Shown: one piece after another, positions 36,016-45,593 of the stretch
Numbering within the stretch: the stretch's first letter is position 1
Layout of the letters: every line of letters begins with the position of its first letter
Origin: Oscillospiraceae bacterium
GTDB lineage: Bacteria > Bacillota > Clostridia > Oscillospirales > QAMX01
Length of the DNA: 64,000 bases
Reading direction: 5' to 3'
NCBI GenBank assembly: GCA_015067825.1
Contig: SVLQ01000010.1
Location: 32,750-96,749 of the forward strand
Position numbers and translations under genes: made by a program
Notes under the pieces: model-generated
Seen by the model: only the letters and a program-made list of their open reading frames with translations
The model's database searches: none
Told to the model about the DNA's origin: nothing

Positions 36016-37482
36016 ATGAAGCTCATTGCTCTTTCCGGCGGAGCGGGTGCGGATACCGCCCGCTCGGTCTGCGCAGCCAACGGTATCGTCCCGGCCGAAC
36101 GCGTTTTGCACGCGTTCGAAAAAAAGGACGCCAAGGCTTTGGCGCAGGAGCTGATCGCCGAGCAGCCTACATCAATTTTATGCTTTGGTGAGACCGGTTT
36201 TTCAGCCGGTCTTTTTGTGCTGCCATGGCTCCGAAAGGCGAAAATCCCACTCTTTGCCATCGCCGACGCGCAAACAGAGCTTCCCAGATCCGCTGCAAAA
36301 TTTGACGCGATCCTCTGCGCCGACCATACCGTCCGCGTCCACCTTCTCCGGACGGCGGGATCTGCGGTAAGGTTCCGTCTGCTTTCCGATGGTCCGGCCG
36401 TCCTCACCGCGCCGCACCCCGAAAAACGCAGCGAAATTGTCATCAGCGGTTCGTACGGGCTTTCCAATTTGGGCGACGAGGCTATGCTGACGGCGATCCT
36501 CGCGCAGATCGAAACAATCGATCCGCGCCGCACCGTCACCGTACTTTCGCGCAATCCCGCCGAGACCCGAACAACCCACGGCATCCGGACGTTACCCACG
36601 TTTGCGCTCGGACGGCTTTGGTGCCGGCTGCGCCGCACCAAGCTTTTCCTCAGCGGCGGTGGTACGCTTCTGACCGATCTCACCAGCACTGGTTCTCTCC
36701 TTTACTACCTGACAACCATCCGCCTCGCGCACCTCGCCGGGGCTAAGGTTCTTCTTTACAGCTGCGGCATCGGCCCGTTTTCATCCGCAGCAAACAAAAA
36801 GCGCACCGCGCGCACGCTGAACCGATGCGCTGATGCGATCGTCGTCCGCGACGGCCGTTCGGCCGACGAACTCGCTGCCATCGGCGTGACCGTGCCGCCC
36901 ATCATCCAAGGTTCCGATGTGGCGTTTTCGCTTACGCCGGAGATGCTGGGCTCGGCGGAATTGCCGCAGGAGCTCGCCGCGCTCGGCCGCTACGTCGTAT
37001 TCGCCCTGCGCCCATGGAATGCTGATGCCCAAACCGCCGAAGTGATCGCCGAAACGGCACAGCGGCTTTGGCTGGAGCATGGGCTGGCGTCCGTGTTTTT
37101 GGGTATGGAACGGCCGAAGGATTTGCCGCTTGCGCGGACGATTGCCGCCAAGCTCACTACCCCGCACCTTGTTTTGGAAAATATCACGTCGTTTGCTGCA
37201 GTATACGCCGTGACCACCCACGCCGCAGCCGTTGTCAGCATGCGCCTGCACGCGATGATCGCTGCCGGACTGGCCGGAGTGCCGGTCGTCGGCATTTCCT
37301 ACGACATCAAAATCAGCGGCCACCTCGCTCACATCGGCAGCCTCGACTGTGTGGAATACGCCGACCTCACATCCGACGCATTGTTTGCACAGATCTCGCA
37401 CACGTTGGAGTCCGGTCACGCATACTTTCCGCCGCAGACAAGCGACGGCGAAGCGGTTCTGCGAGCCATGCTCACCGACTAA
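36016..37482 (+). CDS. csaB: Polysaccharide pyruvyl transferase with N-terminal extension
   Basis: SGSYGLSNLGDEA, SGGGTLL.D.TS..SL.YY, GIGP, VRD and MRLHA motifs. Confidence 0.85.
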   Translation: MKLIALSGGAGADTARSVCAANGIVPAERVLHAFEKKDAKALAQELIAEQPTSILCFGETGFSAGLFVLPWLRKAKIPLFAIADAQTELPRSAAKFDAILCADHTVRVHLLRTAGSAVRFRLLSDGPAVLTAPHPEKRSEIVISGSYGLSNLGDEAMLTAILAQIETIDPRRTVTVLSRNPAETRTTHGIRTLPTFALGRLWCRLRRTKLFLSGGGTLLTDLTSTGSLLYYLTTIRLAHLAGAKVLLYSCGIGPFSSAANKKRTARTLNRCADAIVVRDGRSADELAAIGVTVPPIIQGSDVAFSLTPEMLGSAELPQELAALGRYVVFALRPWNADAQTAEVIAETAQRLWLEHGLASVFLGMERPKDLPLARTIAAKLTTPHLVLENITSFAAVYAVTTHAAAVVSMRLHAMIAAGLAGVPVVGISYDIKISGHLAHIGSLDCVEYADLTSDALFAQISHTLESGHAYFPPQTSDGEAVLRAMLTD

Positions 37483-37495
37483 ACGGAGGTACACT

Positions 37496-38017
37496 ATGCA
37501 CATTTTGCTTGTCATCGACATGCAGGTTGATTTTATTTCCGCCGCACTCGGCACGCCCGAGGCCGAAGCCATCGTGGATGCCGTCGCCGAAAAAATCCGC
37601 GCCTTTGACGGCGAAGTGATCTGCACGCGCGACACCCATTCGCCCGAATATCTGCAAACGCAAGAGGGCAAAAACCTGCCTGTTGTGCATTGCGTTCTCG
37701 GCAGCGACGGTTGGCAGTTAGAGCCCCGCATCGCTGCAGCCGCCGGAAGCGCCAAGATCATCGACAAGCCCTCGTTTGGCAGCGTCGAGCTCGCCAAACT
37801 GCTCGCCGACCGCGCCAGCGCCGGAGAAACAATCGAATCGATCACGCTCGTCGGACTCTGTACCGACATCTGCGTGATCTCCAACGCGATGCTTCTGAAG
37901 GCCTTTTTGCCGGAGGTGCCGATCATTGTCGAATCGGCACTGTGCGCCGGTGTCACGCCCGAGAGCCATGCACGTGCGCTGGAAGCGATGAAGATGTGCC
38001 AAATCACCGTTGTGTAA
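37496..38017 (+). CDS. Isochorismatase-family cysteine hydrolase (nicotinamidase-like)
   Basis: VIDMQVDF, TRDTH, HC, DKPSFGS and GLCTDICV motifs. Confidence 0.9.
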   Translation: MHILLVIDMQVDFISAALGTPEAEAIVDAVAEKIRAFDGEVICTRDTHSPEYLQTQEGKNLPVVHCVLGSDGWQLEPRIAAAAGSAKIIDKPSFGSVELAKLLADRASAGETIESITLVGLCTDICVISNAMLLKAFLPEVPIIVESALCAGVTPESHARALEAMKMCQITVV

Positions 38018-38053
38018 ATCAGAGCCAAACTTGCCAAGGAAGAGGGAATTCAG

Positions 38054-40159
38054 ATGGTTTTTAAGAGATTTTTGAGCGTGATCCTCTGCGCCGTCATGCT
38101 GTTGGGCATTGCCGTACCGATGGCCGCCGCTGAAACGAGCACCATCACCGTTGATCCCATCAATATCGAGGTCGGCGGCAAAGTCTTTCTGCCCACGGAT
38201 GTCACCGGTAAAAACGTGCCGGTGTTTGCCTATCAAGGGACGACGTATGCGCCTCTGCGTGCTTTGGCCGAAGCCTACGGCCTGACCGTGGGGTACAATC
38301 AGGAACAAAACCTCGCCTCCGTTGACGGATCGCCTTCCGCCGATTATGTCGGCACGAAGGGAACCGCCCGGGTGCTGACCGAACGCACGACATTGTCGGT
38401 CGTACCAATTCGGATCGAGGTCAACGGCGAAGTGTTCCAGCCCAGAGACGTCACCGGCAAAATCGTCCCGGTGTTTGCCTATCAGGGAACGACGTATGCG
38501 CCGCTCCGCGCCCTTGCCGAAGCCTATGGCCTGCGTGTGGACTACGACCGCGAAAGAAATCTTGCCACCGTCGATTTCACCGCCGCGAGCGTGCTGACGG
38601 AGGAAGTTGACCGGCAGCTCCATGCCGACCTCCAAAAACGCATCGACGAGATCCTCGCCACCGAAACCGAGATCGTCCGCTCCGACGTCTTTATCCCCGG
38701 CGAGACCTACACGGGAACGGCCTACTATATTTCCAACGACGGCGACGACGATAACGACGGCCTGACGCCGGAGACTGCGTGGAGAACTTTAGACCGTGTC
38801 GCGCGCGCATCCGGCGCGTGGGATGCTGCCGATTTTCTGCAGCCGGGAGATGCGGTTTTCTTCCGAAGGGGAGATATTTTCAGAATTGACAGCGACAAAT
38901 GTTTCTCCATCGGTTCGGATGGTATCACCTTGTCCGCATACGGTCAAGGCAAGAAACCGGTCATCACCAATTCCACCGAAAACGGTTCGGGCGAGGAAAA
39001 ATGGGAGCTCGTTTACGGGGATGACACCGGCAAGAAGATCTGGAAGTTCTACCGGGACATGCGCGATACTTCCATGGTCATTCTTGATGACGGTAAAGCG
39101 ATCGGTACCCGTATCTACGAATTTTACAACGAAACCGGCTATATTTCGTGCGAAGCTCCCGGTTGGTGGCAGCACGAAGATATCGGCGTAACCCTTTTGG
39201 ATCAGTTGCTCCCCTTGGAAGATGCGATGACGGAGGATTTATCCTTTATCAGCCGACCGCTGCGGTCAGCCCCGGACAGTAACTACGGCGAAAGCGGCAC
39301 CGGTCCACTGTACCTCCGCTGCGATAGCGGCAATCCCGGTGCTCTTTACGAATCCATCGAGTTCACAGAATACGATCTGCTCGGAAATGTCTGGCTGGAT
39401 GCCTGTGGAACTGTTTTTGACAACATCAAGTTCTGCTGCAACGGAAGTGCATTCATCAAAGCAGGCAGGTACTGGAAAGACATCGTCAATACAAAAATCC
39501 AAAATTGCGAGTTCGCCTATGGCGGCGGTTGTGTCACGTGGTACGAAACCCGCGACTCTGGAGAACAGTTCGTCGGGGTGCAGGGAGACGGCGTTTACAA
39601 TATCGTGCGCAACACCACGCTGCAAAATAATTACATCCACGACTCCATCAGTTCCGCGCTCACATACGAGGGCGACAACTTTGCGGATATGGACACCGTG
39701 GACGGTTACTTCCATGTATTGAACAATGCAATTGTCAACACAATCGGGCTCCGCTTCGACAGCACCGCGCCGGCACTGCAGTATTTAGACGCTGTGATCC
39801 TTCGTGGCAATCATATTTGGAACACAGGGAATATGGACAACGAAACGTTTGCCTATTCCGAGGGTTCCGTTGTGCTTTGGCCGAATCATTACGGAGAATG
39901 TATCATCGAAGAAAATGTACTGTACGGCACGGAAAACGGCTACGAATCGAACGCACTGCTGAACGTCTGGTTCTACCCGGAAGACGGCAATACCGTGCCA
40001 ACGATCCGAAACAATACGTATGTGCAATACGCCGATCGTCTCTTCGGATACTTCTCTATGTGCGAAGAACGGAATGTTTACATCGACGATCCCGAGCTCC
40101 TCATCAAAGTGGCCGAAATGATCGGCGACACTACGTCGAAATTCTACGTCATCCGGTAG
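38054..40159 (+). CDS. Secreted protein: two copper-amine-oxidase-N-terminal (stalk)-like repeats plus right-handed beta-helix domain
   Basis: Signal peptide; GTTYAPLRALAEAYG twice; YYISNDGDDDNDGLTPETAWRT and PGDAVFFRRGD. Confidence 0.75.
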   Translation: MVFKRFLSVILCAVMLLGIAVPMAAAETSTITVDPINIEVGGKVFLPTDVTGKNVPVFAYQGTTYAPLRALAEAYGLTVGYNQEQNLASVDGSPSADYVGTKGTARVLTERTTLSVVPIRIEVNGEVFQPRDVTGKIVPVFAYQGTTYAPLRALAEAYGLRVDYDRERNLATVDFTAASVLTEEVDRQLHADLQKRIDEILATETEIVRSDVFIPGETYTGTAYYISNDGDDDNDGLTPETAWRTLDRVARASGAWDAADFLQPGDAVFFRRGDIFRIDSDKCFSIGSDGITLSAYGQGKKPVITNSTENGSGEEKWELVYGDDTGKKIWKFYRDMRDTSMVILDDGKAIGTRIYEFYNETGYISCEAPGWWQHEDIGVTLLDQLLPLEDAMTEDLSFISRPLRSAPDSNYGESGTGPLYLRCDSGNPGALYESIEFTEYDLLGNVWLDACGTVFDNIKFCCNGSAFIKAGRYWKDIVNTKIQNCEFAYGGGCVTWYETRDSGEQFVGVQGDGVYNIVRNTTLQNNYIHDSISSALTYEGDNFADMDTVDGYFHVLNNAIVNTIGLRFDSTAPALQYLDAVILRGNHIWNTGNMDNETFAYSEGSVVLWPNHYGECIIEENVLYGTENGYESNALLNVWFYPEDGNTVPTIRNNTYVQYADRLFGYFSMCEERNVYIDDPELLIKVAEMIGDTTSKFYVIR
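38198..38533 (+). repeat. Intragenic domain duplication, period 249 bp
   Basis: 38198-38284 is similar to 38447-38533. Confidence 0.85.
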
Positions 40160-40252
40160 CAGCCGAGACGAGACGGAGAGGGCTTTCGGGCCACTATCCG
40201 GAATACGAATTTCTATATCAACCGAATTCTTGATCCGAGGGAGGGCTGTGGC

Positions 40253-41179
40253 TTGCTTTGGTGGATCATCCTTTCCGGCACAGTCGTTTTGGCGCTGATC
40301 GCCTTCGCAGCGGTCTTCGCCGTCACCTCGCTGGTCATTTGTCCGCGGCGGCGCGATTTAAAAAGCGCATTTGCCTATTTTGGCGAGCGCGGCGAGAAAA
40401 TGCGCCGTACATATGAATCGCTGTCGAGAGAAGCGTTTTCCGTCACCTCCGACGACGGTACGCGCCTGGAGGCTGAGCTGGTCGCTCCGCCCCACGTTGC
40501 TGAGCGCAAAAAAGTAGCGATCTTCGTCCACGGGTTTGGCTTCAACCGCGCGGCGGCGCTGAAATACCTGCCGTTTTTCCAAAAACGCGGGTTTTACGCC
40601 GTCCTCTTCGACCACCGCAACGCCGGTGAAAGCGGCGGAAAACACACGACCTTCGGCGCCAAAGAGCAGCACGATCTGCGCGCGGTCGTCGACGCGGTCG
40701 TTGCCCGCTTCGGCACCGACGCATTGGTCGGCACGGTGGGCGAGAGCATGGGCGGCGCGACCGTTTTGCTCCACGCCGCATTTGACACGCGCCTCGCCTT
40801 CGTCGTCGCCGACTGCGCCTACGCCGATTGCCGCGATCAGCTTTCCTATACGCTTTCCAAGCGCGCACGGTTTCTCGTGCCCGTACTGATCCCGCTCGCT
40901 AGCCGTATGGCCAAGCTGCGGGCCGGGTTTCGCTTTGAGGAGGTCTCGCCGGAACGCGCGATCGCCGCCCTTGACCGCCCGCTGCCGATCCTCTTCGCCC
41001 ACGGCACGGCCGATCTCGTCGTTCCCTGCAGCCATCATCCGCGTCTGGTAAGCGCCTACCGCGGGCCGAAGCTGACCTTCGTCGGCGAAAACAGCCGCCA
41101 CACGCGCTGCGCCGTCGACCACTTTGAGCGCTACGACGCCCTGATCGGTGAGCTGCTTGCGATGGCGAAAGCCGAATAA
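40253..41179 (+). CDS. Membrane-anchored alpha/beta hydrolase (YqkD-like)
   Basis: N-terminal TM, VHGF, GESMGG nucleophile elbow, HGTAD. Confidence 0.88.
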   Translation: MLWWIILSGTVVLALIAFAAVFAVTSLVICPRRRDLKSAFAYFGERGEKMRRTYESLSREAFSVTSDDGTRLEAELVAPPHVAERKKVAIFVHGFGFNRAAALKYLPFFQKRGFYAVLFDHRNAGESGGKHTTFGAKEQHDLRAVVDAVVARFGTDALVGTVGESMGGATVLLHAAFDTRLAFVVADCAYADCRDQLSYTLSKRARFLVPVLIPLASRMAKLRAGFRFEEVSPERAIAALDRPLPILFAHGTADLVVPCSHHPRLVSAYRGPKLTFVGENSRHTRCAVDHFERYDALIGELLAMAKAE

Positions 41180-41185
41180 AAAACG

Positions 41186-41225
41186 AAACCACTTGTTTTC
41201 ACCTTGGAAAACAAGTGGTTTTTTT
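41186..41225 (+). terminator. Intrinsic terminator
   Basis: aaaccacttgttttc...gaaaacaagtggttt plus T run. Confidence 0.85.
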
Positions 41226-41255
41226 GTATGATTTTTGCCCGATTGCGCCATACTA
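41226..41255 (+). promoter_or_regulatory. SigG-type forespore promoter of spoVAC
   Basis: GTATG-18 bp-CATACTA. Confidence 0.8.
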
Positions 41256-41282
41256 ACGCCAAAGAACTGCGGAGGTGCGGCT

Positions 41283-41726
41283 ATGAACATGACAAAAGAA
41301 ACGTATGCCCAATATATCGACGAGCTTTCGCCGAAGACCAATAGCGTCAAAAACGTCTCGCTGGCGTTTTTGTTCGGTGGAGCCGTCTGCGTAGTCGGTG
41401 AGCTTTTGAAACGGCTTTATCTGCATCTCGGCGCAAATCCGACCGATGCCGGCACCTACGCGACCGTTTCGCTCATCGCCATCGCCGCGCTGCTGACGGG
41501 GCTTCGCGTTTACGACAACGTCGCCAAGCACGTCGGCGCGGGCATCGTCGTGCCGATCACGGGGTTTGCCAACTCGATCGTTTCGCCGGCGATGGAATTT
41601 AAAAGCGAGGGGCTCGTTTTGGGGCTGGCGGCGAAGATGTTCGTCGTTGCCGGGCCGGTCATCGTCTACGGCACGGTGGCAAGTGTGGTGTACGGACTGG
41701 TTTACTGGGTTGTCAAATGCTTCTGA
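41283..41726 (+). CDS. spoVAC: Stage V sporulation protein AC
   Basis: AFLFGGAVC, GAGIVVPITGFANS and KMFVVAGPVIVYG motifs. Confidence 0.95.
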   Translation: MNMTKETYAQYIDELSPKTNSVKNVSLAFLFGGAVCVVGELLKRLYLHLGANPTDAGTYATVSLIAIAALLTGLRVYDNVAKHVGAGIVVPITGFANSIVSPAMEFKSEGLVLGLAAKMFVVAGPVIVYGTVASVVYGLVYWVVKCF

Positions 41727-41738
41727 CCGCATAAAAGG

Positions 41739-41767
41739 TTGAAAAATCGAACTGTTTATGGTATAAT
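41739..41767 (+). promoter_or_regulatory. SigA promoter of the inserted ATPase gene
   Basis: TTGAAA-17 bp-TATAAT with extended TG. Confidence 0.78.
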
Positions 41768-41797
41768 ATAGACATTATTGAGCCAAGGTGGTGTGCT

Positions 41798-42355
41798 ATG
41801 AAAACCTATACCATCGTTGCCGGGGTAAACGGTTGCGGAAAGAGCAGCTTGACCGGCGTTTTGCGGACGGAACTCGATAATCTCGGCAAGATTATCGACG
41901 TAGATAAAATAACAGCTCTCTGCGGTGGAAATTTGCTGGAGGGCGGCAAAAAGGCTGTCGCACTGATCGACGAGTGTTTGCAGAAGGAAATATGCTTCAC
42001 TCAGGAAACCACGCTTTCCGGCAGAAAAACCTTGGACACCATCAAACGCGCAATCACTAAGGACTATTACATCCGTTTGTACTACGTCGGTCTGGACACG
42101 GTAGAAGAAAGCTTGCAGCGTATTAAAAACCGGGTAAAAAGAGGCGGCCATAATATCAATACCGACACCGTAACCGGTCGCTTTGACAAACGGTTTGAGG
42201 ATTTGCTGACAATCTTGCCTTATTGCAACGAAGCCACGTTTTACGATAACGACAACGGCTTTGTTACGGTTGCGAAATACAAAAACGGAGAATTGCAAAC
42301 CATCGGACAAAGCAGTCCTCGGTGGCTTTTGGAATTAATCGAAAAAATGAAATAA
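41798..42355 (+). CDS. Zeta-toxin-like P-loop kinase/ATPase
   Basis: IVAGVNGCGKSS, ETTLSG, RIKNRVKRGGHNI and YDN motifs; AT-richer than neighbours. Confidence 0.8.
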   Translation: MKTYTIVAGVNGCGKSSLTGVLRTELDNLGKIIDVDKITALCGGNLLEGGKKAVALIDECLQKEICFTQETTLSGRKTLDTIKRAITKDYYIRLYYVGLDTVEESLQRIKNRVKRGGHNINTDTVTGRFDKRFEDLLTILPYCNEATFYDNDNGFVTVAKYKNGELQTIGQSSPRWLLELIEKMK

Positions 42356-42394
42356 AAAATCGTGTGCCATATCCGTATGGCACACGATTTTTTT
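42354..42394. terminator. Intrinsic, probably bidirectional, terminator
   Basis: aaaaaatcgtgtgccata-tccg-tatggcacacgatttttt. Confidence 0.88.
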
Positions 42395-42424
42395 GTATGA
42401 TTATGCCCCACCTGCGCCATACTA
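42395..42424 (+). promoter_or_regulatory. Second copy of the spoVAC SigG-type promoter
   Basis: GTATG-18 bp-CATACTA; flanks match 41221-41258. Confidence 0.75.
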
Positions 42425-42437
42425 ACGTCGATACGGC

Positions 42438-42495
42438 CTACGGTACGGTGGCAAGCGTGGTGTACGGACTGGTTTACTGGGTCGTCACGGTGTAA
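42438..42495 (+). pseudogene. spoVAC 3'-end remnant
   Basis: 42438-42487 matches 41666-41715 at 47/50 nt; reads YGTVASVVYGLVYWVVTV-stop. Confidence 0.85.
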
Positions 42496-42507
42496 AACCG
42501 CAACCCT

Positions 42508-43563
42508 CTATTTCCGGGACTCCCGGATATATTCTTTCAGGGCCTTGGCAAAACAGCGGCCCAACTCCACCAAGTTCTCCGCAGACACTTTATTTTGCGG
42601 CGTTCCGAAATAGGCGGTTTCCAGCGTCAGGGAGAGGATATTTTCTTTCCGGTTCTGCATATGATTTGCAAAATCCGTTTCGCACCGGTTCCAGCCGGTA
42701 TTGGGCGGATAATCGTTTTTATGCTCATATTGCAGGGCGTTTTCCGTGATGTTTGCCTCCAGAATTTCGCCGAAGTGATTGAGCTTCTCCAGTTGTTCCT
42801 CGCTGCTTTGGACGATGAACACGCAATCGTTGATGCCGGAGCGGTGCCAGGGAGAATGGAAATCAAAGCCAAAATGGCAGCCCTCGCGCGCGGCATATTC
42901 CCGGATCGCCCGGCATTCGGGATAGATCGGTTCGTTTTCCGCGCCGTAGTCGCGGTTGTGGTCGTGCGGCGCTCTGCTTTTGCCTTGGTCACCGCGAATG
43001 ACACCCTCGTAATCCACAAACGGAACGCAGAATACCGTCGCACTTGGGATCGGTTCGGCGATCAGTTCTTCCAGAACGCCTTCCAGCACGTAGCTCCCCG
43101 TAGACTCGCAGGCGTGATGTCTGGCGGTCAGAACGATACCGGTTTCTCCGTCTCCCAATTTTATGCAAGGGACGCTGCTTCCGCGGTATCCTTTGCAAAG
43201 CTCCTCAACCGCAATGTTATGTTTCTCGGCGAACGCATAAAACCGTTTGGGGTGATACAGCATACTGTGGGCAAAATATACCTTGGTTTCTGCTTCGCCA
43301 AATCGGTATGTGAACGAATTCTCATCTACGCTGTCCAGCCAATGCCAGGTTTCCAGGTCGTGGCTGACGGCCGGGCCAAAGTAGCCGAGCCGGCAGGACT
43401 GCAGGTGGAAGGTGATCGTGCGATTTTCCGCACCTTCGATACAGAAAGCCCAGTAAAACCAATCTTCCGTGGTATCGCGCAGTTGGTTTTCCAGGAAAAC
43501 AGTATCGCCGTTGATTTCCTTGACGGAAATATTGCCTCCAATAAAGTCCTGATGGATTCGCAT
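42508..43563 (-). CDS. M14-family zinc carboxypeptidase-like protein
   Basis: TARHHACE, DHNRD, DFHSP and LTLE motifs. Confidence 0.75.
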   Translation of the reverse strand: MRIHQDFIGGNISVKEINGDTVFLENQLRDTTEDWFYWAFCIEGAENRTITFHLQSCRLGYFGPAVSHDLETWHWLDSVDENSFTYRFGEAETKVYFAHSMLYHPKRFYAFAEKHNIAVEELCKGYRGSSVPCIKLGDGETGIVLTARHHACESTGSYVLEGVLEELIAEPIPSATVFCVPFVDYEGVIRGDQGKSRAPHDHNRDYGAENEPIYPECRAIREYAAREGCHFGFDFHSPWHRSGINDCVFIVQSSEEQLEKLNHFGEILEANITENALQYEHKNDYPPNTGWNRCETDFANHMQNRKENILSLTLETAYFGTPQNKVSAENLVELGRCFAKALKEYIRESRK

Positions 43564-43590
43564 AAATTCCCTCTTTTCTGCCCAACGCCA

Positions 43591-44466
43591 CTACTTGCTG
43601 TACACGAAATTGCCGTAGGTTTCGTTGACGACCTCGTAGAAGGCAAACGTGCCGTCGTATTTTAGGAGAATGGTCTGAAAATCGTTCAGTTGGTGTTTAT
43701 TGACCACGCACAGGAGCACCGAGCGATCTGTGCCCGTATAGGTGCCGGTCGCGTTCAGGCGGGTCGCGCCGTGGTGCAGCAGCTGGAACACGTCTTTGGC
43801 GATCTCTTCGGCGTGGGTTGTGACGACGGTGAATTTGTAGGCGGTTTTCGTGCCCTTGAGGAGCTGATTGCCGACAAAGGTGGAGATGAAGCAGTAGGTC
43901 ACGCACAGCGCCACGGGCTTATAGTCGAGGTTACCGCCCTCGGAGTAGACGAACAACGAGGCGCAGGCGACGATCGCGTTTAACGTGAAGGTGACGAAGA
44001 AAAAGTTGGTGTTGGGCTTGATCTTATTGATATAGCGCGAGACGACGTCGGTGCCGCCGGTGGAGCCGTTGTTTTTGAAGCAGGTGCCGTAGACGACGCC
44101 GCTGACCACACCGCTGATGATGACCGGGTAGATCGTGTCGTGGCCGTAGGTGACGTACTGCATGGCCGACAGGCCGCTCTGTTGGAGAAGCAGGAACGCC
44201 GCAGAGTAGACGAGCGAGAAGAGCAGCGTTTTGGCCGCAAACGATCTCTGCACGAAAAAGTAGGCGAAGACCGACAGCGGCACGTTGATTAAGAGCGACA
44301 TATAACCGATGCTGAAACCGGTTTTGTACTGCACCATCGTGGCAATACCGTTGATGCCAGCCGGTGCGAAGTTATTCTGCACGATGAATATGTAGTAGTT
44401 AAACGCCAGCAGCACAGCCGCCGCCGTCACCCACAGATAGGAAAGTGCGGTATTTGTTTTTCGCAT
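43591..44466 (-). CDS. YitT family membrane protein (DUF2179 C-terminus)
   Basis: APAGINGIA, GSTGGTD, HGAT and GTYTG motifs. Confidence 0.88.
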   Translation of the reverse strand: MRKTNTALSYLWVTAAAVLLAFNYYIFIVQNNFAPAGINGIATMVQYKTGFSIGYMSLLINVPLSVFAYFFVQRSFAAKTLLFSLVYSAAFLLLQQSGLSAMQYVTYGHDTIYPVIISGVVSGVVYGTCFKNNGSTGGTDVVSRYINKIKPNTNFFFVTFTLNAIVACASLFVYSEGGNLDYKPVALCVTYCFISTFVGNQLLKGTKTAYKFTVVTTHAEEIAKDVFQLLHHGATRLNATGTYTGTDRSVLLCVVNKHQLNDFQTILLKYDGTFAFYEVVNETYGNFVYSK

Positions 44467-44565
44467 GAAAACCATCTCCAACTTCCGGGTACATTTTTTG
44501 TCACTTTCTTCATTATACCACAGCATTCTTGCAAAGTAAACCGATTTTTAAAGGAGTACTACAAA

Positions 44566-45579
44566 ATGAGCAAACGTTTGGGACGCAGTACGGTCGCGCT
44601 CGCCGATCCGCCATCGGTTATCGGTTCGGCGTGTGTCGTCGGCAAAAAGGAAGGCGAAGGGCCGCTGAAAGAGAGCTTCGACCTGATCCAACCCGACACG
44701 CGTTTTGGCGAATCAAGTTGGGAAAAGGCGGAGAGCCGCATGCAGGCGCTCGCGCTGGAGGCGGCCATGCAGAAGGCGGCAGTCACGACGGCTGCGCTCG
44801 ACTACGTATTCGCCGGCGACCTGCTCAACCAATGCGTGGGGTCGAGCTTTGCGCTGCGGGATATGGGGTTCCCCTTCCTTGGGCTCTACGGCGCCTGTTC
44901 GACGATGGCAGAGGGGCTGGGGCTTGCGGCGATGATGATCGACGGCGGCTTCGCCAACCATACCGCCGCCATCACCAGTTCGCACTTCTGCTCGGCCGAG
45001 CGGCAGTACCGGATGCCGCTGGAATACGGCGGCCAGCGCACGCCGACTGCGCAATGGACGGCGACCGCCGCCGGCTGCGCGATCCTCGCCCAAGGCGGCA
45101 GCGGGCCCTTCGTCACGCACGTGACGAGCGGAAAGATCGTCGACGCCGGCATCAAAGACGCCAACAATATGGGCGCGGCGATGGCGCCGGCTGCCTGCGA
45201 AACGCTCCGGTCGCTCTTTGAGGAGACCGGGTTTGCGCCCGAGGACTTTGATCTCATCGTCACCGGCGACCTCGCGCGGCTCGGTTCCCGCGTGGTGCGG
45301 GAGATGCTTTTGGCCGACGGGATCGATCTCGGCGAGCGCTACACCGACTGCGGCGAGCTGATCTACGACATCGAGCGGCAGGACGTGCACATGGGCGGTT
45401 CGGGCTGCGGCTGTTCGGCGGCTGTCTTGTGCGGCTACCTGTTGAACGGGATGCGCGCAGGCAAGTGGCAACGGATCGTGTTTGCCGGGACGGGCGCGCT
45501 GCTCTCGCCGCTTTCGTCGCAGCAGGGCGAAAGCATCCCCGCCATCTGCCACGCCGTGATCCTCTCCAACAGTCGCTGA
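44566..45579 (+). CDS. spoVAD: Stage V sporulation protein AD
   Basis: GKKEGEGPL, SWEKAE, GDLLNQ, GLYGACST and GGSGCGCSA motifs. Confidence 0.97.
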   Translation: MSKRLGRSTVALADPPSVIGSACVVGKKEGEGPLKESFDLIQPDTRFGESSWEKAESRMQALALEAAMQKAAVTTAALDYVFAGDLLNQCVGSSFALRDMGFPFLGLYGACSTMAEGLGLAAMMIDGGFANHTAAITSSHFCSAERQYRMPLEYGGQRTPTAQWTATAAGCAILAQGGSGPFVTHVTSGKIVDAGIKDANNMGAAMAPAACETLRSLFEETGFAPEDFDLIVTGDLARLGSRVVREMLLADGIDLGERYTDCGELIYDIERQDVHMGGSGCGCSAAVLCGYLLNGMRAGKWQRIVFAGTGALLSPLSSQQGESIPAICHAVILSNSR

Positions 45580-45593
45580 AAAGGAGGCAAACG

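Noticed and set aside
41726-42500. Intact mobile element at spoVAC
   Set aside because: Direct repeats are present but there is no integrase, transposase or terminal inverted repeat; reported only as a remnant
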